This document shows, piece after piece, positions 9,769-21,972 of a stretch of 64,000 nucleotides of DNA (positions are counted from its first letter, which is position 1; each line of letters opens with the position of its first letter). The notes under the pieces were generated by a model. That model was not told where the DNA came from and ran no database searches. It worked only from the letters and a program-made list of their open reading frames with translations. Origin of the DNA: Candidatus Nanopelagicales bacterium (GTDB taxonomy: Bacteria; Actinomycetota; Actinomycetes; S36-B12); contig JAGYJJ010000004.1 in the NCBI GenBank assembly GCA_018402235.1, forward strand, positions 201,256-265,255, read 5' to 3'. The translations under genes and the position numbers were made by a program.

Positions 9769-10967
9769 GCTTCCTCCTCAAGAACTGCCAGACCCGGCAA
9801 CTGCTTACCCTCCAAGAACTCCAAACTCGCGCCCCCACCGGTGCTGATGTGGTCGAAAGCAGATTCGTCGACACCCAGCACTCGGATAGCTGCTGCGGAA
9901 TCCCCACCACCGACGACCGTCATCGCCGCAGAAGACGCCATCGCATTCGCGACCGCGAGCGTGCCAGCCGCAAACGGCTCCATTTCGAACACACCCATCG
10001 GTCCATTCCACACGACCGTTCCAGCATCGACGATCACATCCGCATAGCGTCGAGCGGTCTGCGGACCGATATCCAGACCCAACCAGCCGTCAGGAATCTG
10101 ATCCGCGTGCACGATCTTCACCTGCGCATCTGCAGCGAAACGATCAGCCACCACCACATCAACCGGCAGAGCGATCTCAATTCCCAGCTGCTGGGCCTGC
10201 TCAAGGAATCCCTTGACCGTCGGGATTTGATCAGACTCCAACAGCGAATCCCCAACCGAGTAGCCCTGCGCCGCGAGGAACGTGAACGCCATACCCCCAC
10301 CGACCAGCAGGCGATCGACCCGTGGGATCAGGTTGCCGATCACCGCGAGTTTGTCACTGACCTTAGATCCGCCGAGAACCACCACATACGGACGCATCGG
10401 TTCTCCGAGCAATTGAGAGAAAACTTTCGCTTCCTTATGTACGAGCCGCCCTGCTGCATTCGGCAGTAGCCGCGCGAGGTCGGTCACCGAGGCCTGCTCT
10501 CGGTGCACAACACCAAAGCCTTCGGAGACGAATACATCTCCGAGGTCGGCAAGTTCGGCCGCCAATGCCTCACGTTCGGCCGCATCCTTGCTTGTTTCTC
10601 GCGGATCGAAGCGGATGTTCTCCAAAAGAACCACGCCGCCAGGACCCGTGCGCCCCAACAACTCACGTGCGTCGTCAATGCTTTCGGCCACATCGACCGG
10701 GGTTCCCAAAAACTCCGAAAGCGCCTGCGCCACGGGAGCAAGACTCAACGCCAAGTCCACGCCCCCCTGCGGCCGGCCGAGATGCGCAAGAAGCAACAAC
10801 TGCGCACCTTGATCACGCAGGTAGTCAAGCGTGGGCAGCGCCGCCTCGATACGTCCGCAATCAGTGATAACTCGCTCACCGTGTTCGTCGTCGGCCAGCG
10901 GGACATTGAAGTCCACGCGAACGATCGCGACGGACCCGGCGACGGAGAGGTCGTCCAGGCTCCGCAT
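9765..10967 (-). CDS. pgk: Phosphoglycerate kinase
   Basis: ORF 9765..11099(-). The upstream part overlaps gap, so ATG at 10967 ([24 protein letters not shown]) is the likely start. Motifs LLAHLGRP and GGGDSAAA. Confidence 0.95.
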   Translation of the reverse strand: MRSLDDLSVAGSVAIVRVDFNVPLADDEHGERVITDCGRIEAALPTLDYLRDQGAQLLLLAHLGRPQGGVDLALSLAPVAQALSEFLGTPVDVAESIDDARELLGRTGPGGVVLLENIRFDPRETSKDAAEREALAAELADLGDVFVSEGFGVVHREQASVTDLARLLPNAAGRLVHKEAKVFSQLLGEPMRPYVVVLGGSKVSDKLAVIGNLIPRVDRLLVGGGMAFTFLAAQGYSVGDSLLESDQIPTVKGFLEQAQQLGIEIALPVDVVVADRFAADAQVKIVHADQIPDGWLGLDIGPQTARRYADVIVDAGTVVWNGPMGVFEMEPFAAGTLAVANAMASSAAMTVVGGGDSAAAIRVLGVDESAFDHISTGGGASLEFLEGKQLPGLAVLEEEA

Positions 10968-10969
10968 AT

Positions 10970-12028
<1,059 letters not shown>

Positions 12029-12140
12029 TCACGAAGGGTCGTGGCCGGGATGCCGCGCGAGTGTCGAGCGGGTAACGGATTCCTCGCCGACAACGCTTAC
12101 AGCCTAGTGATCAAGGTAACTTTCAGATGAAGCAGGCGTA

Positions 12141-13145
12141 TCAGTCATCTGACAGATCCGCATCGACCAAGGCCGCCTCCGTGTCCGGGATACCCACCTC
12201 GACTGCACGTTTGTCGGCTAAGGCCAATAGGCGGCGGATTCGTCCGGCGATTGCATCTTTGGTCATCGGGGGGTCGGCAAGCGCTCCGAGCTCCTCCAAG
12301 CTCGCCTGCTGGTTATCCATGCGTAGACGTCCAGCCACCACGAGGTGGTCAGGGACGTCCTCCCCCAAAATTTCCAGCGCTCGGGCCACCCTGGCACTAG
12401 CGGCCACCGCAGCGCGAGCCGATCGGCGCAGGTTCGCATCGTCGAAATTGGCGAGTCGATTCGCGGTGGCTCGGACTTCGCGGCGCATCCGACGCTCTTC
12501 CCACGCCATAACGGACTCGTGCGCACCCATGCGCGTGAGTAGTGCCCCGATGGCGTCGCCGTCTCGAATGACCACGCGATCGACGCCCCGCACCTCCCGG
12601 GATTTCGCGGAAATACCCAGACGTCGGGCAGCCCCGACGAGCGCCAAGGCCGCCTCAGGACCCGGGGCGGTTACTTCCAAGGACGACGAGCGACCGGGTT
12701 CGGTCAGCGAGCCGTGGGCCAAGAAGGCTCCTCGCCAGGCTGCTTCGCAATCACAGAGCCCACCGGACACGATCGCCGGCGGTAACCCTCGGACCGGACG
12801 ACCACTGGCATCCACGATGCCCGTCTGCTTGGCTAGAGACTCACCACCGGTAGTTACGCGGACGATGTATCGGGTGCCTTTACGGATTCCCGAACCTTGC
12901 ACCATAGCTACTTCACTGTCGTGGCCGTAGATGTCGAAGATGTCCTTGCGCAGGCGCCGGGCGATGGCCCCAGCGTCGACTTCAGCCTCAATGACGATTG
13001 ATCCACTCACGATGTGCAAAGCCCCGCCGAAGCGAAGGAGGGTCGACACCTCCGCCTTACGGCAGCAGGTCTTGGTCACCTCGACCCGGCTGAGCTCATC
13101 TTTGACTGCGGCGGTCATCGCCATAGTGGCCGTTCCTCCCGTCAT
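12141..13145 (-). CDS. whiA: DNA-binding sporulation/cell-division regulator WhiA
   Basis: ORF 12141..13145(-), 334 aa. N-terminus contains [16 protein letters not shown]. The ATG at 13145 overlaps the yvcK stop (ATGA). Part of the conserved rapZ-yvcK-whiA cluster. Confidence 0.9.
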   Translation of the reverse strand: MTGGTATMAMTAAVKDELSRVEVTKTCCRKAEVSTLLRFGGALHIVSGSIVIEAEVDAGAIARRLRKDIFDIYGHDSEVAMVQGSGIRKGTRYIVRVTTGGESLAKQTGIVDASGRPVRGLPPAIVSGGLCDCEAAWRGAFLAHGSLTEPGRSSSLEVTAPGPEAALALVGAARRLGISAKSREVRGVDRVVIRDGDAIGALLTRMGAHESVMAWEERRMRREVRATANRLANFDDANLRRSARAAVAASARVARALEILGEDVPDHLVVAGRLRMDNQQASLEELGALADPPMTKDAIAGRIRRLLALADKRAVEVGIPDTEAALVDADLSDD

Positions 13146-14122
13146 CCGGCGAGAACCGTACCGAAGGCTCGCGAGAGGCTCGCGGGGTCGTGCCGGTCAC
13201 CCTGCCCATCTGCTTGCCCCGCCACGTCCAGCTCATGGATCTGCGCACCCCACGAGTGACACGCAGCAAGCAAGTTCTCCCGCGCGCGATCACTGCCCAT
13301 GTGTCGACTATCGGCAATCACATCGTCGAATCGCATGTCGGGAGCGTGCCGCGCGATCGCCTCAATGTGTTCCGCCGGAGAGAAATCCCCCGTCTCACCC
13401 TCTTGGGGATCCAAGTTCAATACCAAAATGCGCCGGCCCGGGGCGCTCGCAACGCGTTTGGCCTGGTCCGGCATCAGTAGATGTGGCATCAACGAGGTGA
13501 ACCACGATCCAGGGCCCAAAACGATCGCATCGGCGGAGTCGATGGCCTGCAAAGCCGGTTCGCACGCCCGAGCGTCCGCGGGTTCGAGGCGAACACGCTC
13601 GACACGACCCGGAGTGGTCGCGACCTCCACTTGCCCGCGCACCTCCATCACCGCATCCGGTGATGCCGGATCGTGTCCACGGATGTCGGCCACGATTTCC
13701 AAGGGATCGACGCTGCACGGCAGAACACGCCCCACGGCCCCTACCAAAGATCCGAGTTCGTCGAGACCCGCAACTGGATCGGCGCTGCTCTCCCACAAAG
13801 CAGCCATAAGTAGGTTCCCCACTGCATGACCTCCCAACTCCCCGTTTCCGGTGAATCGGTACTGGAGTACATCCGCCCAGGCACGCGACGCCGCGTCTTG
13901 TCCACACAGGGACGCAACAGCCATCCGCAGATCGCCCGGGGGCAAGATTCCAAAGTCCCGGCGCAAGCGTCCACTGGAGCCACCGTCGTCTGCAACGCCC
14001 ACGATCGCGGTGATTCGATCGGTGAGTGCTCGCAGCGCCTGCAGTGTGACGGCAAGACCATGCCCGCCGCCAAGAGCAACTACTGCCGGGGCGGGCGAGA
14101 AAGTGTGTTCCGCCGCCACCAT
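13142..14122 (-). CDS. yvcK: YvcK/CofD-family gluconeogenesis factor (UPF0052)
   Basis: ORF 13142..14122(-), 326 aa. Motifs [10 protein letters not shown] and [23 protein letters not shown]. Confidence 0.85.
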   Translation of the reverse strand: MVAAEHTFSPAPAVVALGGGHGLAVTLQALRALTDRITAIVGVADDGGSSGRLRRDFGILPPGDLRMAVASLCGQDAASRAWADVLQYRFTGNGELGGHAVGNLLMAALWESSADPVAGLDELGSLVGAVGRVLPCSVDPLEIVADIRGHDPASPDAVMEVRGQVEVATTPGRVERVRLEPADARACEPALQAIDSADAIVLGPGSWFTSLMPHLLMPDQAKRVASAPGRRILVLNLDPQEGETGDFSPAEHIEAIARHAPDMRFDDVIADSRHMGSDRARENLLAACHSWGAQIHELDVAGQADGQGDRHDPASLSRAFGTVLAG

Positions 14123-15000
14123 TACTCCTTACCGATATCCCGATGCTCGATGCCCACTTTCACATTCGGCGCTTCCAGCGTCATGGACAGGGCTTCCGTG
14201 AGAGCAACACTGCGATGCTTGCCGCCCGTACATCCGACGGCCACGGTGACGAATCGTTTGCCCTCGCGCAGATAACCATCGCGCGTGGTTCGCACCAATG
14301 CCGCGAGGTGGTCGAGGAATTCTTGAGCGCCATCCCCAGACAAGACGGCGCCTGCCACTTCCGCATCGAGTCCTGTCCGATCGCGGAGTCGCTCATCCCA
14401 ATACGGATTGGGCAGAAATCGGGCATCAGCCACCATGTCGGCGTCGACAGGTATTCCATGTTTAAAGCCGAAGGACATGACCGTGATGTGCAAACGTTCG
14501 TCCGGATCAGCAAAGGCTGCGTCAATGGCTCGCCTCAGTTCATGCACATTTAAGGAAGTGGTGTCGATCACGAGGTCCGCCTGGGACCGCAGATCCCCCA
14601 ACACGAGGCGTTCCTTGCGCAGCCCATCCAGAATGCGGGCGCCCTCTTGCAGCGGATGCGGGCGACGGGACGATTCGAAGCGGCGCACGAGCGATTCCTC
14701 GGAAGCCTCCAAGAAGAGCACCCGCAGATGTACGCCCGAGTCACGTAATCCCTGCATGGCCTCTGCAAGCTGGGGGAAAAACGATCCTCCGCGAGCGTCG
14801 ACCACGACAGCCACGCGTTGCACGTCCGGGTTATCTTCGGCAACCTCAATGGCAGCACCCAACAGCATCGGCGGAATATTGTCGATCACGAACCAGCCAG
14901 CATCCTCGAGGGCACGGGCTGCGGTGGAACGCCCGGCACCAGACATACCCGTCACTAGCAGAACATCAAACGAAGAGTCGGTGTCACTCACGTGCATCAC
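14122..15000 (-). CDS. rapZ: RNase adapter protein RapZ (P-loop NTPase YvcJ family)
   Basis: ORF 14122..15000(-), 292 aa. Motifs VTGMSGAGRST and VAVGCTGGKHRSV. Confidence 0.9.
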   Translation of the reverse strand: MMHVSDTDSSFDVLLVTGMSGAGRSTAARALEDAGWFVIDNIPPMLLGAAIEVAEDNPDVQRVAVVVDARGGSFFPQLAEAMQGLRDSGVHLRVLFLEASEESLVRRFESSRRPHPLQEGARILDGLRKERLVLGDLRSQADLVIDTTSLNVHELRRAIDAAFADPDERLHITVMSFGFKHGIPVDADMVADARFLPNPYWDERLRDRTGLDAEVAGAVLSGDGAQEFLDHLAALVRTTRDGYLREGKRFVTVAVGCTGGKHRSVALTEALSMTLEAPNVKVGIEHRDIGKE

Positions 15001-16897
15001 TTTCCTTCACCGTCTCGCTGGCCTTCTCCGACGCTAGTGCCTCGCAGACCGTCATGGCCAGGGTGGGCCCAATGCCGGTTACGGTTTGCAATTCATCGGT
15101 CGTGGCGTTTCGAATCGCCTTCACCGAACCGAAGTGTTTCAACAGAGCCTTCGCCTTGACCTCACCTAAACCCGGAATGTCGTCCAACGCGCTGCGGCGT
15201 TGACGCGCAGTTCGCCGCTTGCGATGGAAGGCGATAGCTGTGCGGTGAGCCTCATCTCGAAGGCGTTGAAGAAGGTAGAGAGCTTCGCTGGTACGCGGCA
15301 AGATCAGGGGGTCTGGGGAATCCGGGGGCCACACTTCCTCCAGGCGTTTCGCAAGTCCCACTACCGGGATGTCCCCTGCACCCACATCGGTGAGCGCCTG
15401 CTGGGCCGCGGCAACCTGAGGCGCGCCGCCGTCAATCACCAAAAGGCCTGGAGGGTAGGAGAACGTGCGGCGCTCCACTTCATCAGAGGCGACATGGGCA
15501 AAGCGTCGTTCCACCACCTCGCGAACCGCGGCCAGGTCATCTGCGCCAGGGGTCTTGATGATGAAACTGCGGTAGTCCGCCTTCCGCGGTAACCCGTCCT
15601 CGAAGACCACAAGGGACGCGACCGTATCTGTGCCTTGGAGTGTCGAGATGTCGATGCATTCGATGCGCAGCGGAGCTTCACTCAATTCGAGGTAGTTCTG
15701 CAGTTCCGATATAGCTTCGCTGCGTGCGGTCAGATCACTTGACCTCTTCAATCGATGGCGGGCAAGTGCTTGCATGGCGTTTGCTGAAGCGGTCTCCATA
15801 AGAGCGCGCTTATCACCTCGTTGTGGCACACGTATATCTACCGGTCCCCCGCGACGCTCACCCAGCCAGGCTCGCAATGCGGATTCCTCTTCGGCGGCTA
15901 CGGAAACAAGCACCTCTCTGGGCGGTCGGGCACTATCGATCTCCACCCCTTCGCGTTCCGCATAAAGACGTTGCAGAACGCGCTCCATATAGCCACCGAG
16001 GGACATGTCCTCCGCCTTCTCAACGATGAAGCTGCGCTCACCACCAAGGCGTCCGGACCGAACGTGAAATACCTGAACCCCGATCTCAAGCGCGTCGTCG
16101 TGAAGCGCGATGACGTCCGCGTCCGTTGCGTCGTCGAACACCATGGCATTACGTTCCAGTGCCCGCCGTAACGCCCCCAGTCGATCGCGAAGACGTGCAG
16201 CTTCTTCATATTCTTGACGTACCGACGCTTCCTGCATGTCGGTTTCCAACTGCCGAATGAAGGGTCGGGTGTTTCCCGAAAGGAACTTGCACATGTCATC
16301 AACACGCGCGCGATAGGCATCAGCATCAATACGGCCAACACACGGGGCGCTGCACTTGTCTATGTAACCCAATAGGCAAGGGCGCCCGAGCCCCTCTGCC
16401 CGCTTGAAGACTCCGTCACGACAGGTGCGAACGCCGAAAACTTTCGACAACTCATCCAACGTTTCCCGGATAGCCCAGGCGTGAGCGTAGGGTCCGAAAT
16501 ACCGCGTACCCTTCCGCTTCGGTTCACGAACCACTGCTGCGCGTGGGAACTCCTCGCCCACGGTCACAGCTAGGTATGGATAGGACTTATCGTCTCTGTA
16601 CTTGACGTTGAAACGTGGGTCGTATTCCTTAATCCACGTGAATTCCAGGGCAAGAGCCTCAACTTCGTTGGCAACCACCACCCAGTCCACGCTTGATGCT
16701 GACGTCACCATGGATTGAGTCCGCGGGTGCAATGATGCGAAGTCGGCAAAATACGAATTCAGGCGAGATCGCAAAGATCGGGCCTTGCCCACATAGATAA
16801 CCCTTCCGAGGTGATCCCGGAATCGATATACGCCAGGGTTCGTGGGTATGGCCCCCGGCTCGGGCCGGTAGTCACTCGGATCGGTCATCGCGGGCAA
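14984..16897 (-). CDS. uvrC: Excinuclease ABC subunit C
   Basis: ORF 14984..16897(-), 637 aa. GIY-YIG N-terminus (GVYRFRDHLGRVIYVGKA) and C-terminal HhH (IPGLGEVKAKALLKHFGS). Confidence 0.95.
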   Translation of the reverse strand: MPAMTDPSDYRPEPGAIPTNPGVYRFRDHLGRVIYVGKARSLRSRLNSYFADFASLHPRTQSMVTSASSVDWVVVANEVEALALEFTWIKEYDPRFNVKYRDDKSYPYLAVTVGEEFPRAAVVREPKRKGTRYFGPYAHAWAIRETLDELSKVFGVRTCRDGVFKRAEGLGRPCLLGYIDKCSAPCVGRIDADAYRARVDDMCKFLSGNTRPFIRQLETDMQEASVRQEYEEAARLRDRLGALRRALERNAMVFDDATDADVIALHDDALEIGVQVFHVRSGRLGGERSFIVEKAEDMSLGGYMERVLQRLYAEREGVEIDSARPPREVLVSVAAEEESALRAWLGERRGGPVDIRVPQRGDKRALMETASANAMQALARHRLKRSSDLTARSEAISELQNYLELSEAPLRIECIDISTLQGTDTVASLVVFEDGLPRKADYRSFIIKTPGADDLAAVREVVERRFAHVASDEVERRTFSYPPGLLVIDGGAPQVAAAQQALTDVGAGDIPVVGLAKRLEEVWPPDSPDPLILPRTSEALYLLQRLRDEAHRTAIAFHRKRRTARQRRSALDDIPGLGEVKAKALLKHFGSVKAIRNATTDELQTVTGIGPTLAMTVCEALASEKASETVKESDARE

Positions 16898-16912
16898 CCT
16901 AGCCCAGGCGCA

Positions 16913-17398
16913 CTAGCCCAAGAGGACGGAGTCACCTTGCACGCGGATCGCCACGGCCGGGAGCCCGGAGTTTGCCGGCCCTTGCACAACCGCTCCATCT
17001 TCGGCCGAGAAGAGGGACCCGTGACATGGACACAGAATTTCATTCGCCTCAACGGAGGACATGAGACATCCTTGATGCGGACAAACCGCACTGAACGCCT
17101 TGACGTCTCCTTCTGAGGGCTGCACCACAACCACCGGAGGTTCGGCGATAACCACACCGCCGGCCACCGGAACCTCGCTTACCGCCACAAGTTCCTGTCC
17201 TTGGTCTGCGGAAACCTCGGCGTCGCCGATCTCCTCGGCCACCTCGGCCTGTGCACTGGTTTCCTCGGCCTCGGTGGGGGTCGCGGTGTCGCCGCCACCG
17301 CAGGCAACCAGCACACCGCCAACTGCCACCACGCCACCGGCGGCCAGCACCTTCCGGCGCGGGAGCGTTACGACGCGGGCGATGTCGGAATTCGTCAT
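16913..17398 (-). CDS. Rieske (2Fe-2S) domain protein, probable Tat-exported lipoprotein
   Basis: ORF 16913..17398(-), 161 aa. Twin-Arg LPRRKVLAAGG, lipobox LVAC, Rieske ligands CPHQGC...CPCHGS. Confidence 0.8.
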   Translation of the reverse strand: MTNSDIARVVTLPRRKVLAAGGVVAVGGVLVACGGGDTATPTEAEETSAQAEVAEEIGDAEVSADQGQELVAVSEVPVAGGVVIAEPPVVVVQPSEGDVKAFSAVCPHQGCLMSSVEANEILCPCHGSLFSAEDGAVVQGPANSGLPAVAIRVQGDSVLLG

Positions 17399-17413
17399 GT
17401 CCGGAACATTACG

Positions 17414-20317
17414 TCAGCCAGGCTTGCGACGCGACTTGGCGGCAGTCTTGGCTGCCCCCTTGGGGGTTGCCCCACTTGGACCCTCCAAGAGAGGGCGAAG
17501 GAAGGCTCCGGTATGGCTCGCAGCAACGTCGGCCACCTCCTCGGGCGTGCCCGTGGCCACGATCGATCCGCCGCCGGATCCCCCCTCAGGGCCCAGGTCG
17601 ATGAGGTAGTCAGCGGACTTCACGACATCCAGGTTGTGTTCGATAACGATGACCGTATTGCCCTTATCGACCAGCGACTGAAGAACTCCCAGGAGTTTGC
17701 GGATGTCTTCGAAATGCAAACCGGTGGTGGGCTCGTCAAGGACATACACCGTGCGCCCCGTTGAGCGCTTTTGCAGTTCACTGGCCAACTTCACGCGTTG
17801 CGCCTCGCCGCCAGACAACGTGGGTGCAGATTGACCCATTCGCACGTACCCCAGACCCACGTCTACCAACGTTGCGAGGTGACGGGCGATCGCTGGCACA
17901 GCGGCAAAGAACTCGAGAGCTTCCTCGATCGGCATGTCCAATACTTCGGCAATCGTCTTGCCCTTGAAGTGGACTTCCAGCGTTTCTCTGTTGTAACGCG
18001 CCCCATGACACACCTCGCAGGGGACATACACATCGGGTAGGAAGTTCATCTCGATCTTGATCGTGCCGTCGCCGCTGCAGGCTTCGCATCGTCCACCCTT
18101 GACGTTGAATGAGAAACGGCCCGGCTGATAGCCGCGCACCTTTGACTCAGGTGTGGCAGCAAACAACTTACGGATGTGGTCAAACACCCCGGTGTACGTC
18201 GCCGGGTTACTCCTTGGAGTACGGCCAATCGGACTCTGATCGACATGCACCACCTTGTCGATGCCCTCGATGCCCTTCACAGAAGTGTGTTTGCCCGGAA
18301 CGATCCGAGCTCCGTTCAGGTCACGTGCTAGTACCGCGTACAGGATGTCGTTCACCAATGTCGATTTGCCTGATCCACTCACCCCGGTAACGCAGACGAA
18401 ATTGCCGAGGGGAAACTTTGCTGTGACGTTCTTCAGATTATGTTCTCGCGCACCTGTGACCGTGACCCAACCTCGGTCACTGGGACGGCGGATAGCGGGC
18501 ACTTCGATCGATCGGCGACCGGAGAGGTACTGCCCCGTCAACGAATCGGGTGAGGCAAGCAGTTCCTTCACCGGACCGTTGACCACGATCTGGCCACCAT
18601 GCTCCCCCGCTCCGGGGCCAATGTCCACAACCCAATCGGCGATGCGAATCGTGTCTTCGTCGTGCTCCACCACGATGAGCGTGTTACCCAAATCCCGCAA
18701 GCGAATCAGAGTTTCGATGAGTCGATGGTTGTCACGCTGATGCAGGCCGATGCTTGGCTCATCGAGGACATAAAGAACGCCCACAAGTCCGGATCCGATC
18801 TGCGTAGCCAACCGGATCCGCTGGGCCTCGCCCCCTGCCAATGTGCCCGCAGCGCGGTCCAAGGACAGATAGTGCAGTCCGACATCCACGAGGAATTGCA
18901 GCCGCTCATTCACTTCCTTGAGGACCCTCGAGGCGATCGCGGCATCTCGATCAGAGAGGAGCAATCCTCGTAGTACTTCAGCAGCCTCACCTATCGGTAG
19001 CGCGGCAATTTCCGCTATCGAACGCCCGGCGATTGTCACCGCCAAGGACAACGGCTTTAGCCGTGTGCCAGCACACGCAAGACACGGCACTTCTCGCATG
19101 AACCCTTCGAAACGCTCGCGAGAAACGTCCGTCTCCGCTTCGGAATGGCGTCGCTTGACGTATGGCACGACCCCCTCGTACTCGGTGTAGTAGGACCGGC
19201 GACGTCCGTAACGATTGCGGTATTGCACGTGGATCTGGTCGGGGTACCCGTTCAAGATGACCTTGCGAGCCTTCGCTGGAATTTTGCGCCACGGAGTGTC
19301 AACGTCCACCTCGAGTTCCTCTGCGATGGCCTCCAGCAATCGAAAGAAATAGCCCGACACGGTTCCGCGCGACCACGGAGCGATGGCTCCCTCGGCAAGG
19401 CTCACGTCCGGATCAGGAACAATCAACTCCTCATCGACCTCACGAGTGGTGCCCAGACCTGCACATTCTGGGCACGCGCCGAAGGGTGAGTTGAACGAAA
19501 AGGATCGTGGTTCCAGTTCCTCGAAGGACAGGCCGTCGCGAGGACACGCCAGGTGTTCGGAGTAGATGCGCTCGCGATCAGGATCCGTGTCGCTCAGGTC
19601 AACGAAATCCAACACTACGTATCCGTGACCCAGGCCGAGGGCCGTCTCCACGCTGTCGGTCAATCGTCGACGCGAATCAGGGTTGACCGTGAGTCGATCC
19701 ACCACTACCTCGACTGTGTGCTTTTCCTGCTTCTTCAGGCGCGGTACTTCTTCAAGTCCGTACACAACTCCGTCAACACGCACCCGAGAGAAGCCCTGCG
19801 TTTGCAATTGACGGAAGAGTTCGGCGTACTCACCCTTGCGTTCTCGCACCAACGGTGCCAATACTTGAAACTTCGTCTTGGCTGGTAGTTCTAATACCTG
19901 ATCGACTATCTGTTGCGGGGTCTGACGGCTGATGGGATCGCCGCACACAGGGCAGTGAGGTTTGCCGATACGCGCATACAGGAGGCGCAGATAGTCGTAC
20001 ACCTCCGTGATGGTTCCCACCGTTGAGCGCGGATTGCGTGATGTGGACTTCTGATCGATTGAAACGGCCGGTGAGAGCCCCTCGATAAAATCAACATCAG
20101 GTTTGTCCATCTGCCCAAGGAACTGCCGGGCATATGCCGACAGGCTTTCCACATACCTGCGCTGCCCCTCGGCAAAGATGGTGTCGAATGCCAACGAGGA
20201 CTTCCCGGAACCCGACAACCCGGTGAAGACAATGAGTGCGTCCCGGGGCATCTCGAGCGAGACATCCTTGAGGTTGTGCTCGCGTGCACCGCGGACGACC
20301 AATGGGTCCCCGACCAC
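17414..20317 (-). CDS. uvrA: Excinuclease ABC subunit A
   Basis: ORF 17414..20317(-), 967 aa. Two ABC modules ([25 protein letters not shown]), zinc-finger Cys pairs, LSGGEAQR x2. Confidence 0.95.
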   Translation of the reverse strand: MVGDPLVVRGAREHNLKDVSLEMPRDALIVFTGLSGSGKSSLAFDTIFAEGQRRYVESLSAYARQFLGQMDKPDVDFIEGLSPAVSIDQKSTSRNPRSTVGTITEVYDYLRLLYARIGKPHCPVCGDPISRQTPQQIVDQVLELPAKTKFQVLAPLVRERKGEYAELFRQLQTQGFSRVRVDGVVYGLEEVPRLKKQEKHTVEVVVDRLTVNPDSRRRLTDSVETALGLGHGYVVLDFVDLSDTDPDRERIYSEHLACPRDGLSFEELEPRSFSFNSPFGACPECAGLGTTREVDEELIVPDPDVSLAEGAIAPWSRGTVSGYFFRLLEAIAEELEVDVDTPWRKIPAKARKVILNGYPDQIHVQYRNRYGRRRSYYTEYEGVVPYVKRRHSEAETDVSRERFEGFMREVPCLACAGTRLKPLSLAVTIAGRSIAEIAALPIGEAAEVLRGLLLSDRDAAIASRVLKEVNERLQFLVDVGLHYLSLDRAAGTLAGGEAQRIRLATQIGSGLVGVLYVLDEPSIGLHQRDNHRLIETLIRLRDLGNTLIVVEHDEDTIRIADWVVDIGPGAGEHGGQIVVNGPVKELLASPDSLTGQYLSGRRSIEVPAIRRPSDRGWVTVTGAREHNLKNVTAKFPLGNFVCVTGVSGSGKSTLVNDILYAVLARDLNGARIVPGKHTSVKGIEGIDKVVHVDQSPIGRTPRSNPATYTGVFDHIRKLFAATPESKVRGYQPGRFSFNVKGGRCEACSGDGTIKIEMNFLPDVYVPCEVCHGARYNRETLEVHFKGKTIAEVLDMPIEEALEFFAAVPAIARHLATLVDVGLGYVRMGQSAPTLSGGEAQRVKLASELQKRSTGRTVYVLDEPTTGLHFEDIRKLLGVLQSLVDKGNTVIVIEHNLDVVKSADYLIDLGPEGGSGGGSIVATGTPEEVADVAASHTGAFLRPLLEGPSGATPKGAAKTAAKSRRKPG

Positions 20318-20350
20318 ATTCGCCCCTTCCTTTAGCTGACCTCGCTATCG

Positions 20351-21010
20351 GTGCCGGTTATGTACTCCGGACATGTCAGCGTAGGCGGTCCAGCCGACGT
20401 TCGCGAACTCCAGCGACTCACGATCAGCAAACTTGCCGTGGGTCCGATGGACAACAACACCTACCTGCTGCGATGTTCAGCCACTGGAGCCCAGATCCTC
20501 ATCGATGCTGCCGCAGAACCAGACCGAATCATGGACCTGGTGGGCGCCGGTGGCCTGGTGGGGATCATCACTACTCACCGGCATCACGATCACTGGAGTG
20601 CCCTGGCGGAGGTCCACGATCGAACCGGAGCGCCAATCTACGCCCACGTCGAGGACGCTCCGGGGATCGACGTTCCCATTGAATTCCCCATACACGAGGG
20701 CCACGTCATTACGTTCGGGAACTGCGCCCTCGCGACCATCCACCTTGTAGGCCACACACCCGGATCCCTCGTACTCGGCTACGACGATCCAACTGGACAC
20801 ACCCACCTATTCACGGGCGATTGCCTATTCCCCGGTGGCGTGGGTCGAACGTGGGCCGCGCAGGATTTCGACTCGCTGTACGACGGGGTCCTCTCCAAGG
20901 TGTTCCAGCGCTACGACGACGAAACGTGGGTCTACCCCGGGCATGGCAGCGACACCATTCTCGGTAACGAGCGCCCTCATCTAGTGCAATGGCGTGAACG
21001 TGGCTGGTAA
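20351..21010 (+). CDS. MBL-fold metallo-hydrolase (glyoxalase II-like)
   Basis: ORF 20351..21010, 219 aa. Contains the motif ITTHRHHDHW. Start is uncertain (GTG 20351 or ATG 20360). Confidence 0.75.
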   Translation: MPVMYSGHVSVGGPADVRELQRLTISKLAVGPMDNNTYLLRCSATGAQILIDAAAEPDRIMDLVGAGGLVGIITTHRHHDHWSALAEVHDRTGAPIYAHVEDAPGIDVPIEFPIHEGHVITFGNCALATIHLVGHTPGSLVLGYDDPTGHTHLFTGDCLFPGGVGRTWAAQDFDSLYDGVLSKVFQRYDDETWVYPGHGSDTILGNERPHLVQWRERGW

Positions 21011-21956
21011 CGCTCCTTCGGGAAACGACCCGGATAGTGAGGCGAGCAAGACTCGGTTTGATCGCTTCTGGCACGCCCTCACGAACCAACACCCCGACCC
21101 CAACAATCCCAAGCAGGTGCAAGCCGCCAAGCGGCTCTCCTCATACGAGAACAAGACAGCCTGGCTGATGGTCGTCCTGGCCCTCACGTACCTCGTCTTG
21201 TACTCCTTCTACGTGCTCGAACCTGACTTCACTGACAGCCAACGTTCATTACTCAATCTAGGGATGAACGCCATCTGGATTGTCTTCATCGTCGACCTTC
21301 TACTCCGCGCCTTCCTTGCCCCGCACTTCTTCGCCTATCTCATCCACCACCCCATCGACGTCATTGCAGTGGCGATTCCCGCCCTACGCGTGCTCCGAGT
21401 ACTCAGGGTGCTGACCGCCGGGCAGTGGCTGATCAGTCGGGGCAGCCGGTTGCGTTTCGGGCGGACCGCCACTGCCGTGGTGTTCGCCTTCATATTTGTT
21501 ACCTATTTGGCCTCACTCGCGGTCCTAAACGCCGAGCGTGGAGCGCCGGGAGGCAAGATCGAAACCTTCCCCGACGCTCTGTGGTGGTCCATCGTGACCA
21601 TGTCTACCGTCGGCTATGGCGAGTACTACCCCGTGACACCAAACGGGCGGCTTATCGCCGCCGGTGTGATGGTGGTCGGCATCTCCCTTCTAGGCCTCGT
21701 AGGTGCTTCCGTTGCTTCCTCTGTCATCAACCGGTTGAGCGGAAAGCAGCAAAAGGGCCAAGACGAGGTCAAGGCGCAACTACAAGCACTTGCTAACGAG
21801 GTCGCCGCGTTACGCGAACTCCTCACTGAAGCCAAAGCCATCGGCAGCCACGCGTCCCCGTCTGGTAGGTCGATGGCCGAAACTCCTTCGTCACCAGCGC
21901 AGGACGCTGCTTCAGCCGCCCAACAGGAATCCGAACCCGGGTCGCCAAAACCCTGA
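20994..21956 (+). CDS. Potassium channel family protein with S4-like segment
   Basis: ORF 20994..21956, 320 aa. Selectivity filter TVGYGEYYP and arginine-repeat helix ALRVLRVLRVL. Start codon is uncertain (GTG overlapping the upstream gene). Confidence 0.8.
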   Translation: MNVAGNAPSGNDPDSEASKTRFDRFWHALTNQHPDPNNPKQVQAAKRLSSYENKTAWLMVVLALTYLVLYSFYVLEPDFTDSQRSLLNLGMNAIWIVFIVDLLLRAFLAPHFFAYLIHHPIDVIAVAIPALRVLRVLRVLTAGQWLISRGSRLRFGRTATAVVFAFIFVTYLASLAVLNAERGAPGGKIETFPDALWWSIVTMSTVGYGEYYPVTPNGRLIAAGVMVVGISLLGLVGASVASSVINRLSGKQQKGQDEVKAQLQALANEVAALRELLTEAKAIGSHASPSGRSMAETPSSPAQDAASAAQQESEPGSPKP

Positions 21957-21972
21957 TACCTGGCACACCGTC

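Noticed and set aside
12127-12930. 267-aa ORF on the + strand
   Set aside because: It is antisense to whiA and its Ser/Arg/Ala-rich sequence is nonsense.
20399-20408. Palindrome GTTCGCGAAC near the uvrA upstream region as a possible LexA/SOS box
   Set aside because: The half-sites are in the wrong order and spacing for the actinobacterial TCGAAC-N4-GTTCGA box. The palindrome also lies inside the MBL hydrolase coding sequence, not in the uvrA promoter.
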